Below, piece by piece: positions 20,253-30,291 of a stretch of DNA of 64,000 nt (its first letter is position 1; each line of letters begins with the position of its first letter). The position numbers were made by a program, and so were the translations under genes. The stretch lies in assembly GCA_963663765.2 (NCBI GenBank), contig CAXXUA010000004.1:256001-320000 (forward strand), read 5' to 3'. The notes beneath the pieces are model-generated. The model was not told the DNA's origin, searched no databases, and saw nothing but the letters and a program-made list of their open reading frames with translations. The DNA comes from Candidatus Poribacteria bacterium (GTDB taxonomy: Bacteria > Poribacteria > WGA-4E > WGA-3G).

Positions 20253-21095
20253 CTATGCTTCAGGTACCAGTTCACGAATCTCCTCAATTTTACTCTTAGC
20301 AGCAGTGATTTTATCCTCGGTTACCAGTTGTCGTGCTTCTTCTAAAGCACGTTCTATCCGCTTTGCATCGAGTTCTAAGATTTTGGCTTTATGATCTTTA
20401 GTGAGTTTTCTGGCTATAGCTAACTGCTCATTCGCCCACCTGTTCCAATTATCACGATTAATTTGGGCAAAGCTAACGGTTCTCATTGCATCGCCTTCCT
20501 CAGACTTTCTAACTTTCACCGCTTCTTCTGCAGTGGTAATCGCATTTAAAGCTTCCGCAGTTTTGCTTTCCCACTGTTGCCATTCGCTATGCAGACGTGA
20601 ACCTTCACTGCAAAGAAAATCCTCATCACACCAATCACAATAATGCACATGATTGTTATACGCATTATTTTTCAATTGCGTATCCTCTTTTGTAGTCTGA
20701 TGCTTCGACTTTGCTATGCTTACTGCTGTTTTCGCATCAGTGACGGCTTGTGTTGCAGCAGTCAACGCATCCTCTGCAGTCTCAAGCGCGGTTTCAGCTG
20801 TTATTAATTTAGTATTCCATTCCCAAAAGATATCCCAAGCACTCCTTCTTTGATTATACAGTTTGCTAACTTCTTTTTCAAGAGCCTTGATTTGTTCATC
20901 AAGGTCTTTTATCATATCATCAATCAGGTAGTAGAGTGTTATTGCCGTTGACGCTACACCAACAATAGTCCAAAGCAGCTTACCAGTTATAGCTACGGTT
21001 GCAATAATGGGAACGGGAGCTGGAGCGTACAGGGGAAAAATGATACATAATAAACTGACATTTATCACAAGGTTGTTTATACTGCTAACAATCAA
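20253..21095 (-). CDS. Hypothetical coiled-coil protein with a hydrophobic N-terminus and an HxxxCxxCx5C motif
   Basis: 280-aa ORF, start uncertain. Heptad-rich Ala/Glu/Lys helices flank 'HVHYCDWCDEDFLCSEG'. Confidence 0.7.
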   Translation of the reverse strand: MIVSSINNLVINVSLLCIIFPLYAPAPVPIIATVAITGKLLWTIVGVASTAITLYYLIDDMIKDLDEQIKALEKEVSKLYNQRRSAWDIFWEWNTKLITAETALETAEDALTAATQAVTDAKTAVSIAKSKHQTTKEDTQLKNNAYNNHVHYCDWCDEDFLCSEGSRLHSEWQQWESKTAEALNAITTAEEAVKVRKSEEGDAMRTVSFAQINRDNWNRWANEQLAIARKLTKDHKAKILELDAKRIERALEEARQLVTEDKITAAKSKIEEIRELVPEA

Positions 21096-21332
21096 TATAT
21101 AGAAGGGATAGTGTTATGAAAATGCGATTTGATTTTATAGATTTATCTTGACTTTTAGCACATGAGATATCATCCTAATTTAAAAAACTTATGACATATT
21201 CATAAAATAGGTGGCTATCTCATGCAAAATCATATTATCACTTCTGTAAAGTTTTTTCAAACACTTCTCTACTCTAATTTTTATGGGTGTGTAAAGTTTT
21301 TGCACCATAGGCGTCAATTTAAGGCAGCTAAT

Positions 21333-21496
21333 CCTCGCACACATCGTAGGGGCGAGGTCTCCTCGCACACATCGTAGGGGCGAGGTCTCCTCGCACACAT
21401 CGTAGGGGCGAGGTCTCCCTCGCACACATCGTAGGGGCGAGGTCTCCTCGCCCGTGTAAACGAACTTCCAATCGGGCGGGGAAACCCCGCCCCTAC
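21333..21496. repeat. 4 x 28-bp tandem REP (CCTCGCACACATCGTAGGGGCGAGGTCT) plus an inverted partner REP
   Basis: Units start at 21333, 21361, 21389 and 21418. Each contains GTAG followed by the GCGAGG-TCT-CCTCGC palindrome. The inverted GGGCGGGGAAACCCCGCCCCTAC lies at 21474-21496. Confidence 0.9.
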
Positions 21497-21571
21497 AATA
21501 AAGGTGCCATCTGAAGGAATTAGAACATCCAAGGTTTCACTTACACAAGAATAGAGAACTTCTTACTTAAA

Positions 21572-21693
21572 CAGGACTTACGCAGTTTTCACGATCCAAT
21601 CAAGAATTAAGACGAAAACGATGTAATTTACAGCATTTTTTAGGGTTCCGGCGCGCTTACAAAGCACGCCTACCGTTGGGTGCGTAAGTCCTG
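21572..21693. mobile_element. MITE, CAGGACTTACGCA family, inserted into the right end of the 21306-21710 element
   Basis: Perfect 13-bp terminal inverted repeats; 5-bp duplication TTAAA. Confidence 0.9.
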
Positions 21694-21813
21694 TTAAATT
21701 GACGCCTATGGGTGTGTAAAGTTTTTGCACAAACATCCCACTCTCCATTGTAGGTCAGGTCTCTGTGCACCGCGGCAACTGATTAAATGAGAGATTGCGG
21801 ACACAGAGTCCTA

Positions 21814-21950
21814 ATGAGTTTTGACGTTCAAGTTGTGTATTCGTAGGGGTGTGGTTTCCACACATGAATCTACGCAAACTCAAAAACCAAACGGGTTGGG
21901 GAACCCAACCCCTACGAATTCAACTACCAATTTTGATTGTCAAACTTCAT
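21814..21950. mobile_element. Small MITE flanked by TA
   Basis: TA-ATGAGTTTTGAC ... GTCAAACTTCAT-TA. Contains the inverted REP pair CGTAGGGGTGTGG.. / ..CCAACCCCTACG. Absent from the homologous position in 10470-10820. Confidence 0.7.
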
Positions 21951-22275
21951 TAGGTGTCAATATAAAGAAATATTGTTAATATTAACCATATTCTTCAGTC
22001 CTGTAGGGACGATATGTTTATAGAAATACATATCCCCACGTCTTTTTAGTCCCGACAAATGCCATACGCGCATTTGGCGTTGATTTGGTAGAGACGATAT
22101 GTTTATCCTTCTATGTCGTTCCTACGGAACTAAAGAGAGGGGATGTGATAACGTCTTCTATAAACATTGCGTCCCTACGGGACTAAAGAGAACAAAAGTT
22201 AGTACCTCTGTGCAAAAACTTTACACACCCTTTTTTATGGTAAAACGACCTAAATTGTGATATACTATTTATATC

Positions 22276-24081
22276 ATGTCTATAAAACTTCACCACATAC
22301 GTAATTTCTGTATATTAGGACACATAGACCACGGAAAAAGCACACTAAGTGATCGCCTTTTAGAGCATACAAACACTCTTGAAGAAAGAGATATGCGCGA
22401 ACAAGTTCTTGATCTGATGGATCTGGAGCGGGAACGTGGGATCACCATTAAAGCTACTGCAGTAAAACTACAATATCATTCTGAAGACGATATACATTAT
22501 GAGCTTAACTTAATTGATACACCAGGACATGTGGATTTTACCTACGAAGTTTCGCGGAGTCTTGCAGCTTGTGAAGGTGCAATACTAATCGTTGACGCAG
22601 CACAAGGTGTTGAAGCACAAACATTGGCAAATGCGTATCTTGCAATTAATAACGACCTTGAGATTATACCAGTAATAAATAAAATTGATCTTCCTGCTGC
22701 CCAACCCGATGAAGTCAAAAGACAAATAGAAGAGGTAATTGGTATACCAGCAGATGATGCGTTATTGGTGAGTGCAAAGACTGGAACAGGAATCCCTGCC
22801 ATTTTAGATGCAGTTGTAGATCGAATACCCCCACCTGAAGGACTCTCTGTTGCACCGTTGAAAGCACTTGTATTGGACTCTGTATACAACAACTATCGCG
22901 GTGTGATTATGTATACACGCATTTTTGATGGTTACGTTGCACCGGGTGACAAGATTCAATTGATGCAATCAAGAAGGTCTTATGAAGTTGAAGAAGTCGG
23001 AATTTTCACACCACAAATGCAACCAACGTCCGAACTAAAAACAGGTTCGGTGGGTTATCTCATCGCAGGTATTCGTGACATAGATAAGGCAAAGATCGGT
23101 GATACCATTACAAGTCATCTACATCCTACCGAATTACCACTCCCAGGCTATCAAGAAATAAAACCGCTTGTATTTAGTGGACTATATCCTGCGGATACAG
23201 ACCATTTCCATTCTCTTCGTGAAGCTCTGGAAAAACTTCGTCTAAATGATGCTTCATTTACCTTTGAACCTGAAACTTCTGTGGCACTTGGATTTGGCTT
23301 TCGGTGTGGGTTCTTAGGCCTACTGCACATGGAGATTATTCATGAAAGACTTGAACGAGAATTCAAACTGGCTCTTATTCGCACTGCTCCCAGTGTGAAA
23401 TATAGAGTGTATCTTAAATCAGGTGAAGAAGTGTTTGTTGAGAATCCAACACTTTTACCTGAAGTACAAGATATTGAACGAATTGAAGAACCGTATGTCA
23501 ATATTGATATAATAGTACCGCGTCAATATATAGGCAACGTAATGGAACTTAGTCAGAAACGACGGGGTGTGTATAAACGGATGAACCAATTGGATGTAAG
23601 TCGAGTTCAATTGCTATATGAGCTGCCACTGAGCGAAATGCTGATGGACTTTTATCCAAAACTGAAGTCTCTTACTCGCGGGTATGCTTCATTGGAATAT
23701 GATATTGGTGAATACAAAACAGAAAAACTTGTGAAGTTAGATGTACTTCTGCATGGAAAACCTGTTGACGCGTTATCTACCATTCTACCACGTGAAAATG
23801 CTGAGTCGCGTGGAAAGAATTTAGTTCATAAACTACGTGAATTGATACCAAGACAGATGTTTGAGATACCAATTCAAGCAGCGATAGGAAATAAGGTTGT
23901 CGCACGTGAGACTGTCAGAGCACTACGGAAAAACGTAACTGCAAAATGTTACGGTGGCGACATTACCAGAAAAAGAAAACTATTGGAACGACAAAAGGAA
24001 GGCAAAAAGAGACTCAAACAGATTGGTAGTGTAGATGTTCCACAAGAAGCATTCATGGCAATGCTGGAAACTGAAGAATAA
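22276..24081 (+). CDS. lepA: Elongation factor 4 (LepA)
   Basis: '[20 protein letters not shown]', '[10 protein letters not shown]' and C-terminal '[22 protein letters not shown]'. Confidence 0.99.
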   Translation: MSIKLHHIRNFCILGHIDHGKSTLSDRLLEHTNTLEERDMREQVLDLMDLERERGITIKATAVKLQYHSEDDIHYELNLIDTPGHVDFTYEVSRSLAACEGAILIVDAAQGVEAQTLANAYLAINNDLEIIPVINKIDLPAAQPDEVKRQIEEVIGIPADDALLVSAKTGTGIPAILDAVVDRIPPPEGLSVAPLKALVLDSVYNNYRGVIMYTRIFDGYVAPGDKIQLMQSRRSYEVEEVGIFTPQMQPTSELKTGSVGYLIAGIRDIDKAKIGDTITSHLHPTELPLPGYQEIKPLVFSGLYPADTDHFHSLREALEKLRLNDASFTFEPETSVALGFGFRCGFLGLLHMEIIHERLEREFKLALIRTAPSVKYRVYLKSGEEVFVENPTLLPEVQDIERIEEPYVNIDIIVPRQYIGNVMELSQKRRGVYKRMNQLDVSRVQLLYELPLSEMLMDFYPKLKSLTRGYASLEYDIGEYKTEKLVKLDVLLHGKPVDALSTILPRENAESRGKNLVHKLRELIPRQMFEIPIQAAIGNKVVARETVRALRKNVTAKCYGGDITRKRKLLERQKEGKKRLKQIGSVDVPQEAFMAMLETEE

Positions 24082-24128
24082 TAATAGATAGAAAGAAATA
24101 AAATTTGTCTAAACGCAAGAGATATACC

Positions 24129-25502
24129 ATGCTTCTGATTAGAAAATCCATCAAATTATTTACGTTTATTCTATTATTGTCTTTATTGTGTCCGCTTACT
24201 TATGCAGCAACAATTAATGTTCCAGCAGATCAACCTACAATTCAAGCCGGTATTAATATAGCACAAAATGGTGACACTGTTTTAGTAGATGATGGCATCT
24301 ATAAAGGTGAAGGAAATGTAAATATAGATTTTAAAGGAAAACGTATTACCGTTAAATCTCGTAATGGTGCTGTAGAAACGATTATTGTCTGTGAGGAGAA
24401 AACTGGTACAGTAGGATTTAATTTCAATAATAATGAAAAAGATACATCTGTATTAGAAGGATTTACAATCAGAAATGGATTTCATGATATGGCTGGTGGA
24501 ATCTTGGTAGAATATTCATCCCCTACTATAAACAACTGCGTGATTGAAGGAAACACCGAAAAGACAGGAATAGGTATATGGTGCTATAATTCAGATCCTA
24601 TCATAACCGGCTGCATAGTAACACATAGCTCTTATGGAATACACACTTGGGGTGTTGAATACGAGAATTTAGTTAAATTAATAGAAGATGATTTACAACC
24701 CATTATCAAGGATTGTACTATATCTAACAACTCAGGCGTTGGCATATCCTGCTTGCAAGATGTTAATGTTTCAATAGAAAACTGTACTATAATTAATAAC
24801 GATAAAAGAGGTATTAAATTCATCTATTTTGCAAGTGGAGATATAACTAATTGTCATATAACCCAGAATTCTGGTGGAGGTTTAGAATGTGTAGAATATT
24901 CTCGTATGACAATTAAAGACTCAAGAATAGATCATAATACTGCAAAAAATGGTGGTGGAATATCCCGTGGTCCAACATCAAGATTGAATGTAACCAATAG
25001 TCTAATTGTTAATAATACAGCATTATATTATGGTGGTGGTATTGAGTCTATAGGAAAAACTGGGATTGTAGAGATTAAAAATTGCACAATTTCAAAAAAC
25101 ACAGCAGGTGTTAGAGGTGGTGGGGTTTTTGTTAGTTTATTTGGTAGTACATTTACTATAGCTAATTCAATAGTTTGGGGTAATTCTTCCAATGGTACGC
25201 ATGCGGAATTCTTCACTTCAGGTAGAGGTGTAACTATTCAATCATGTAATATTAAAGATGGATTAGATGGAATTGGTCAAAATCCTGATGAAGGGGATAT
25301 TATCTACGAAAACAACATAGATGAAAACCCATTGTTCGTTGATGAAGATTCTGGTAATTTTCGTCTTAAGGCTAATAGTCCAGCGGCGAATATGGGTGCT
25401 TATGTCCGTGAGGGTTCGTTAAGTGTTACTCCATCTGGAAAACGTATTGTTAAATGGGGTGACTTAAAACGTAAGTCACGCTCCTCATCATTCTTTAAAT
25501 AA
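24129..25502 (+). CDS. Secreted right-handed beta-helix repeat protein with a C-terminal 'SVTPSGKRIVKWGDLK' tail
   Basis: Signal peptide, 'VPADQPTIQAGI', repeated N.A..GGGI motifs and 'DENPLFVD...NFRLKANSPA'. Confidence 0.88.
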   Translation: MLLIRKSIKLFTFILLLSLLCPLTYAATINVPADQPTIQAGINIAQNGDTVLVDDGIYKGEGNVNIDFKGKRITVKSRNGAVETIIVCEEKTGTVGFNFNNNEKDTSVLEGFTIRNGFHDMAGGILVEYSSPTINNCVIEGNTEKTGIGIWCYNSDPIITGCIVTHSSYGIHTWGVEYENLVKLIEDDLQPIIKDCTISNNSGVGISCLQDVNVSIENCTIINNDKRGIKFIYFASGDITNCHITQNSGGGLECVEYSRMTIKDSRIDHNTAKNGGGISRGPTSRLNVTNSLIVNNTALYYGGGIESIGKTGIVEIKNCTISKNTAGVRGGGVFVSLFGSTFTIANSIVWGNSSNGTHAEFFTSGRGVTIQSCNIKDGLDGIGQNPDEGDIIYENNIDENPLFVDEDSGNFRLKANSPAANMGAYVREGSLSVTPSGKRIVKWGDLKRKSRSSSFFK

Positions 25503-25503
25503 A

Positions 25504-25668
25504 CAGGACTTACGTACCGAACGGTAGGCGTGCTTTGTAGGCGGGGAATGCCAAAAGGCATTCATACCGTTGATTTCTTGATTTGGCGCTGGAAACCGAA
25601 AAAATGCTGAAAATTACATCATTTTCGTCGTAATTCTTGATTAAAACATGAAAACTGCGTAAGTCCTG
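25504..25668. mobile_element. MITE, CAGGACTTACGCA family (inverted orientation)
   Basis: CAGGACTTACGTA ... TGCGTAAGTCCTG; internal GTAGGCGTGCTTTG and GTAGGCGGGGAATGCC hairpins; target duplication imperfect. Confidence 0.82.
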
Positions 25669-25714
25669 AATAGAGTAAGGTAGTAATTAGTCTGTTTGTA
25701 AAAAAGGAAACATC

Positions 25715-27091
25715 GTGCAGAGCAAAGTTTATATCAGCTTAACACTCATTACTTGTTTCTCTATTTCTTGTCAACTAACTTTTGCAGCAACAATTAATGT
25801 TCCAGTAGATCAACCTACAATTCAAGCGGGTATTGACTTTGCAAATAGTGGTGATACTGTTTTAGTAGATGATGGCATCTATAAAGGTAAAGGAAACATA
25901 AATATAGATTTTATGGGTAAAAGTATAACCGTAAAATCTCGCAATGGTGCTGAAACAACAATTGTTGACTGTGAGAATAGGTTTTTAACCAGAGGCTTTA
26001 TCTTCAAAAACAACGAAACTGAAACTTCTGTATTAGATGGATTCACAATAAAAAATGGGATGCATGAAATTGGTGGAGGTATATACTGTGTTTTAGCGTC
26101 ACCCACGATAAAAAAATGTATCATTTCACATAACCATGCAACTTCAACTGTGGAAGATGTTGGAGGTGGCGGTGGAATGTATTTTAAACAATCATCTGCG
26201 AAGTTAATTGACTGTCAAATCTCTCATAATATTGCGGATTCTACACGTGGGAGCGGCATCCTTTTTGACACGATGGTTTTAGAAACAGAACAAGAAATCA
26301 TTATCTTTGAACCTGTAATCGCAACTAAATGCATTATTTCAGATAACACTGGTATTGGTGTTTTTTCCTATAGATCTGCTCCGATATTACGAGACTGCAC
26401 AGTATCAAAAAACAGTGGACGAGGTATTTTATGCGATCATATCTCACGCGGTGTTATGGTTGATAATTGTCTAATTGAACAAAACAATGGTGGTATTGAA
26501 TGTATACGAAGTTCATTGATGGTTATCAATAATTGTTTCATAAAACAAAATAATGCTTATATCGGTGGTGGAATTCTATGTTCACCTTCATCTGAAGTAA
26601 ACGTTGTAGGTTGTATAATATATGAGAACACAGCAGATGTAGATGGTGGTGGAATTTATATTGACTCAAGACAAGGAAGTGCATTGATTAAGTTTTGTAC
26701 TATTGTTAACAATTACGCAGCTGATAGAGGAGGGGGTGTTTTTTCAATTACTTTCACTTCTATTTTTACATTAACTGATTCAATTATTTGGGGTAACGAA
26801 TCTGGTAATACCCAATCTCAAGTCCGAATTACATCCAAAGGAACAGTAAGAAATTGTGATATACAAGGTGGTATTGACGAAATTGACTTGGAATCTGATG
26901 GAAAGCATTTTATCTATGAAGACAACATTGATGCGGATCCTATGTTCTTCAATATAGACTCTGGCAATTTTCGGTTAAAGGTAAATAGTCCGGCTTCAAA
27001 AATGGGTGCTTATGCACCACGTGAGGGTTCATTAAACATCAATCTCACTGGCAAACGGATAGTTAGATGGGCTGACTTGAAACGTAAATGA
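25715..27091 (+). CDS. Secreted right-handed beta-helix repeat protein (tandem paralog of 24129-25502)
   Basis: Near-identical mature N-terminus 'AATINVP.DQPTIQAGI'; ends 'GKRIVRWADLKRK'. Confidence 0.88.
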   Translation: MQSKVYISLTLITCFSISCQLTFAATINVPVDQPTIQAGIDFANSGDTVLVDDGIYKGKGNINIDFMGKSITVKSRNGAETTIVDCENRFLTRGFIFKNNETETSVLDGFTIKNGMHEIGGGIYCVLASPTIKKCIISHNHATSTVEDVGGGGGMYFKQSSAKLIDCQISHNIADSTRGSGILFDTMVLETEQEIIIFEPVIATKCIISDNTGIGVFSYRSAPILRDCTVSKNSGRGILCDHISRGVMVDNCLIEQNNGGIECIRSSLMVINNCFIKQNNAYIGGGILCSPSSEVNVVGCIIYENTADVDGGGIYIDSRQGSALIKFCTIVNNYAADRGGGVFSITFTSIFTLTDSIIWGNESGNTQSQVRITSKGTVRNCDIQGGIDEIDLESDGKHFIYEDNIDADPMFFNIDSGNFRLKVNSPASKMGAYAPREGSLNINLTGKRIVRWADLKRK

Positions 27092-27191
27092 GCCTTCTTT
27101 GCTGACAACAGTACCAAGAAACTGAAAATATATAATAATCAATCAATAAGAAAAAATACTACTGACAATAAGACATTGTTTTAGATTAAAT

Positions 27192-27313
27192 CAGGACTTA
27201 CGCAGTTTTCATGATTTGATGAAGAATTATGACGAAAATGGTGTAATTTTCAGCATTTTTTCGGTTTCCGGCGCGCTTACAAAGCACGCCTACCGTTGGG
27301 TGCGTAAGTCCTG
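27192..27313. mobile_element. MITE, CAGGACTTACGCA family
   Basis: Perfect terminal inverted repeats; 5-bp duplication TAAAT; 122 bp, like the 21572 and 34479 copies. Confidence 0.9.
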
Positions 27314-27327
27314 TAAATAATAAATAA

Positions 27328-27481
27328 TACCAATTCAAATAAATCTTGTCTCATTAAGGAATTCTACTGTTTACTGGCAGGGGGTTACTCTCTTCGGTAG
27401 GAGCGACCTCACGGTCGCGACCGGTAGGTCGCTCCTACCAGATTTCCGCTGCTAATGAGACATTATCACATGAAAATGGTA
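27328..27481. mobile_element. Small MITE with TACCA ends and a TAA duplication
   Basis: TAA-TACCAATTCA ... TGAAAATGGTA-TAA; internal TGTCTCATTA/TAATGAGACA inverted repeat and a GTAGGAGCGACC...GGTCGCTCCTAC REP pair. Confidence 0.65.
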
Positions 27482-27524
27482 TAATAAGAAAGGACTTCCG
27501 CATCGTTACGGATTACTATTTATC

Positions 27525-28322
27525 ATGAGTACTGAAGTACAATTATCAAAATGGCAGAAATTCAGAAATACAGTTGTCTGGGAATACACCCAAGTTATTG
27601 TCGTTGCTCTTATTCTTGTTTTCGGATTCATTCGTCCCTTTGTAGTTGAAGCATTTAAGATACCTTCCGGATCTATGAAGGATACACTCCTAATCGGTGA
27701 CCGTATACTTGTCTGTAAATTCATATACGGATTCAAAATACCAGGAACTGATATAAAAATATTTGATTTTCATAAACCTGCACGCGGTGATGTTTTTGTG
27801 TTCATTCCCCCGCATGAAACAAACCGAAACTTCATCAAACGTATTGTTGCTATTGAAGGAGATACAGTACATACAGAAGACAATATTCTTTATGTAAATG
27901 GAATAGCAGTTAAAGATAGTGAATATGCAAAGTATACTGCTAACCATTTAGTCAGACGGAATAATTTTCCACCGTTCCGAAAAATGGAAAAATATATGCG
28001 AGGTAATGATTTCTACAGTGATTACACATTGACCGAAACTCAATTCAAACGTAAATTTCCTGAGGGCAAACCTTTTGTTGTACCAAAAGGCTATGTTTTT
28101 GCAATGGGAGATAATAGAGACCAAAGCAGCGATAGTCGCACTTGGGGACCTGTCCCTGTTGATAGCATCAAAGGACAAGCATTTATGGTATATTGGTCAT
28201 TCCGAGATTTAACAGACGAAAAATTTCATAATGCAAAAATATGGGAATTCTGGAAAATGATTGGTAATATAAGGTTCAATCGTATCGGAAAACTGATCCA
28301 TACATACCCCGGAATCGAATAA
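27525..28322 (+). CDS. lepB: Signal peptidase I
   Basis: 'FKIPSGSMKDTLLIGDRILV', 'FIKRIV' and 'FAMGDNRDQSSDSRTWG'. Confidence 0.97.
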   Translation: MSTEVQLSKWQKFRNTVVWEYTQVIVVALILVFGFIRPFVVEAFKIPSGSMKDTLLIGDRILVCKFIYGFKIPGTDIKIFDFHKPARGDVFVFIPPHETNRNFIKRIVAIEGDTVHTEDNILYVNGIAVKDSEYAKYTANHLVRRNNFPPFRKMEKYMRGNDFYSDYTLTETQFKRKFPEGKPFVVPKGYVFAMGDNRDQSSDSRTWGPVPVDSIKGQAFMVYWSFRDLTDEKFHNAKIWEFWKMIGNIRFNRIGKLIHTYPGIE

Positions 28323-30256
28323 TGTTTCAAGATAGACGAAATCTTATCATCGGTACTGCTGGACATGTTGATCACGGAAAAACTGCTCTGGTTGGTACTT
28401 TGACAGGTATTGAGACTGATAGACTCAAAGAGGAACGCGAACGCGGTCTGTCCATTGAACTGGGTTTTGCCTATTTTGACCTACCTGACAACTCACGTGC
28501 AGGTATAGTCGATGTGCCTGGACACGAAAAATTCATTCGCAACATGCTTTCTGGTGCTTATGGAATGGACATAGTCCTTTTCGTTGTGGATGCAAAAGAG
28601 GGGGTACAGGAACAGACACTTGAACACTTAGCAATTTTAGATTTACTGAGTATCTCAAACGGCATTCTCGTCATGACAAAGTCTGATTTAGCAACACCAG
28701 ACGAATTGCAGGAAGCAACCGAAATGACACAGGAAATACTTGTCGGTACTTCACTTGAGGGAATTCCTTCAGTTAGTGTTTCATCTATCACAGGGGACGG
28801 TATTGAAAAATTAAAACGGATGATAGTTGAACAAGTAAACATTGCCACAGATAAACAAATAATTGATGGGATACCTCGTCTATATGTTGATAGGGTTTTC
28901 TCAATACAAGGTTTTGGCGCGGTTGTAACTGGTACACTCATTGGAGGAACAGTCAATAAAGACCAGAGAATGGTTATTTTACCACAAGGAGACATCGTTC
29001 GCGTACGTGGTATCCAAGTACATAATGAACCTGCAAATGTCGCACAAGCTGGACAAAGAACAGCCCTAAACCTATCAGGTATTACTGCACAAAAAATACA
29101 ACGCGGGGATGTCCTATGTCCTATAGAGTATTTGAAAGTAACAGAGAACATTGATGTTTCGTTAAACGTGTTGTCCTCATTTCCAAGAATGCTTGAACAT
29201 TGGGGACGTTTCAGACTATATCTTGGTACACGAGAACTATTCTGCAGATTAATTCTATTGATTGATGAAGCAATACTACCCGGTGACGCCGTTCAAGTTC
29301 AACTGCGGTTGGAACACCCGATACTCACTTTCAGAGGTGATAGGATCATTATACGTGATTTTTCTGCTCAACACACTGTCGGGGGCGGTCAGGTAATTAA
29401 TCCTTTTGCTCCGAAACACAAACGTTTCACTCAAGATACAATAAACACTTTAGCAAAATGGGAAGAAGCAGACAACACACAAGTAGTAAATGCCGTCTTG
29501 GAAAATAGTCAGACTCTGTGTGTTGAAGAATCATTGCTTTTTTACTATATACCTTATTCTCAATCCGAAATAAATACCATTTTGAATTCATTAGAATCTG
29601 AAGAAAAAATCATCCGATGGGATAAAACTGGAAGAAATCCACTTGTTTCTGATGCTGCACGAACAAACCGTGTAATAGAAAAATTTCTAATCACATTGTC
29701 TAAATTTCATGAAACACATCCATTGCAAGTAGGTCAAAACGCTTCACAAATCTGCAGAGAACTCAAACTTGATGAGGTAGCTTTTGAGAAAATCACAAAT
29801 CAACTTATTCGGTCAAAGAAAATAGCTAAACATGGAAACCTGCTTAGGTTAGAATCTCATGAGATCCAGTTTTCTGAAGAGGAGTCATCTGCTAAAGAAA
29901 CACTTGAACAACTTTATTTAAATGCTGACATCAATACACCCGCACTAAAAGAATTGAACGCATTATTACCTGATTTTACACCACAACAGATTGAATCAAC
30001 TTTTTATGCTTTGTTAAATCTCGGTATGTTTATAAAAGCAGCGGATAATTTCTATCTTCACAAGGATGTTTATGAAAAGAAAAAAGAACTATTAACTAAT
30101 TTTCTACGAAAAAACGGTACGATCACAGTTGCAGAATTTCGTGAATTGGCACAGACATCTCGGAAATATGCTGTACCATTCCTTGAGTATTGTGATACAC
30201 AAAATGTTACAGTCCGTGATGGAAATGTACGGAGATTGTCAACAAAATATAGTTAA
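28322..30256 (+). CDS. selB: Selenocysteine-specific elongation factor
   Basis: 'IIGTAGHVDHGKT', 'DRLKEERERGLSIELGF', 'DVPGHEKFIRNM' and the C-terminal winged helix 'TSRKYAVPFLEYCD'. Overlaps the lepB stop (TAATG). Confidence 0.97.
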   Translation: MFQDRRNLIIGTAGHVDHGKTALVGTLTGIETDRLKEERERGLSIELGFAYFDLPDNSRAGIVDVPGHEKFIRNMLSGAYGMDIVLFVVDAKEGVQEQTLEHLAILDLLSISNGILVMTKSDLATPDELQEATEMTQEILVGTSLEGIPSVSVSSITGDGIEKLKRMIVEQVNIATDKQIIDGIPRLYVDRVFSIQGFGAVVTGTLIGGTVNKDQRMVILPQGDIVRVRGIQVHNEPANVAQAGQRTALNLSGITAQKIQRGDVLCPIEYLKVTENIDVSLNVLSSFPRMLEHWGRFRLYLGTRELFCRLILLIDEAILPGDAVQVQLRLEHPILTFRGDRIIIRDFSAQHTVGGGQVINPFAPKHKRFTQDTINTLAKWEEADNTQVVNAVLENSQTLCVEESLLFYYIPYSQSEINTILNSLESEEKIIRWDKTGRNPLVSDAARTNRVIEKFLITLSKFHETHPLQVGQNASQICRELKLDEVAFEKITNQLIRSKKIAKHGNLLRLESHEIQFSEEESSAKETLEQLYLNADINTPALKELNALLPDFTPQQIESTFYALLNLGMFIKAADNFYLHKDVYEKKKELLTNFLRKNGTITVAEFRELAQTSRKYAVPFLEYCDTQNVTVRDGNVRRLSTKYS

Positions 30257-30291
30257 CTCTCAATGATAAGATAATATCCATAACTGACAAT

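Larger units (their letters stand above)
21306..21710. mobile_element. MITE with CATAGGCGTCAATTTAA terminal inverted repeats and a 20-bp target duplication
   Basis: GGTGTGTAAAGTTTTTGCAC is duplicated exactly at 21286-21305 and 21711-21730. Confidence 0.85.
21285..22230. mobile_element. MITE with IS256-like ends, hosting several nested elements
   Basis: GGGTGTGTAAAGTTTTTGCAC ... GTGCAAAAACTTTACACACCC; flanks ATTTTTAT / TTTTTTAT. Backbone is the inverted homolog of 10470-10820. Confidence 0.8.

Noticed and set aside
21333-21453. CRISPR mini-array
   Set aside because: The 28-bp units are directly adjacent with no spacers.
28558-29151. 197-aa antisense ORF and similar shadow ORFs throughout the window
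   Set aside because: They lie opposite well-supported genes (selB, lepA, metH and others) and have no independent features.
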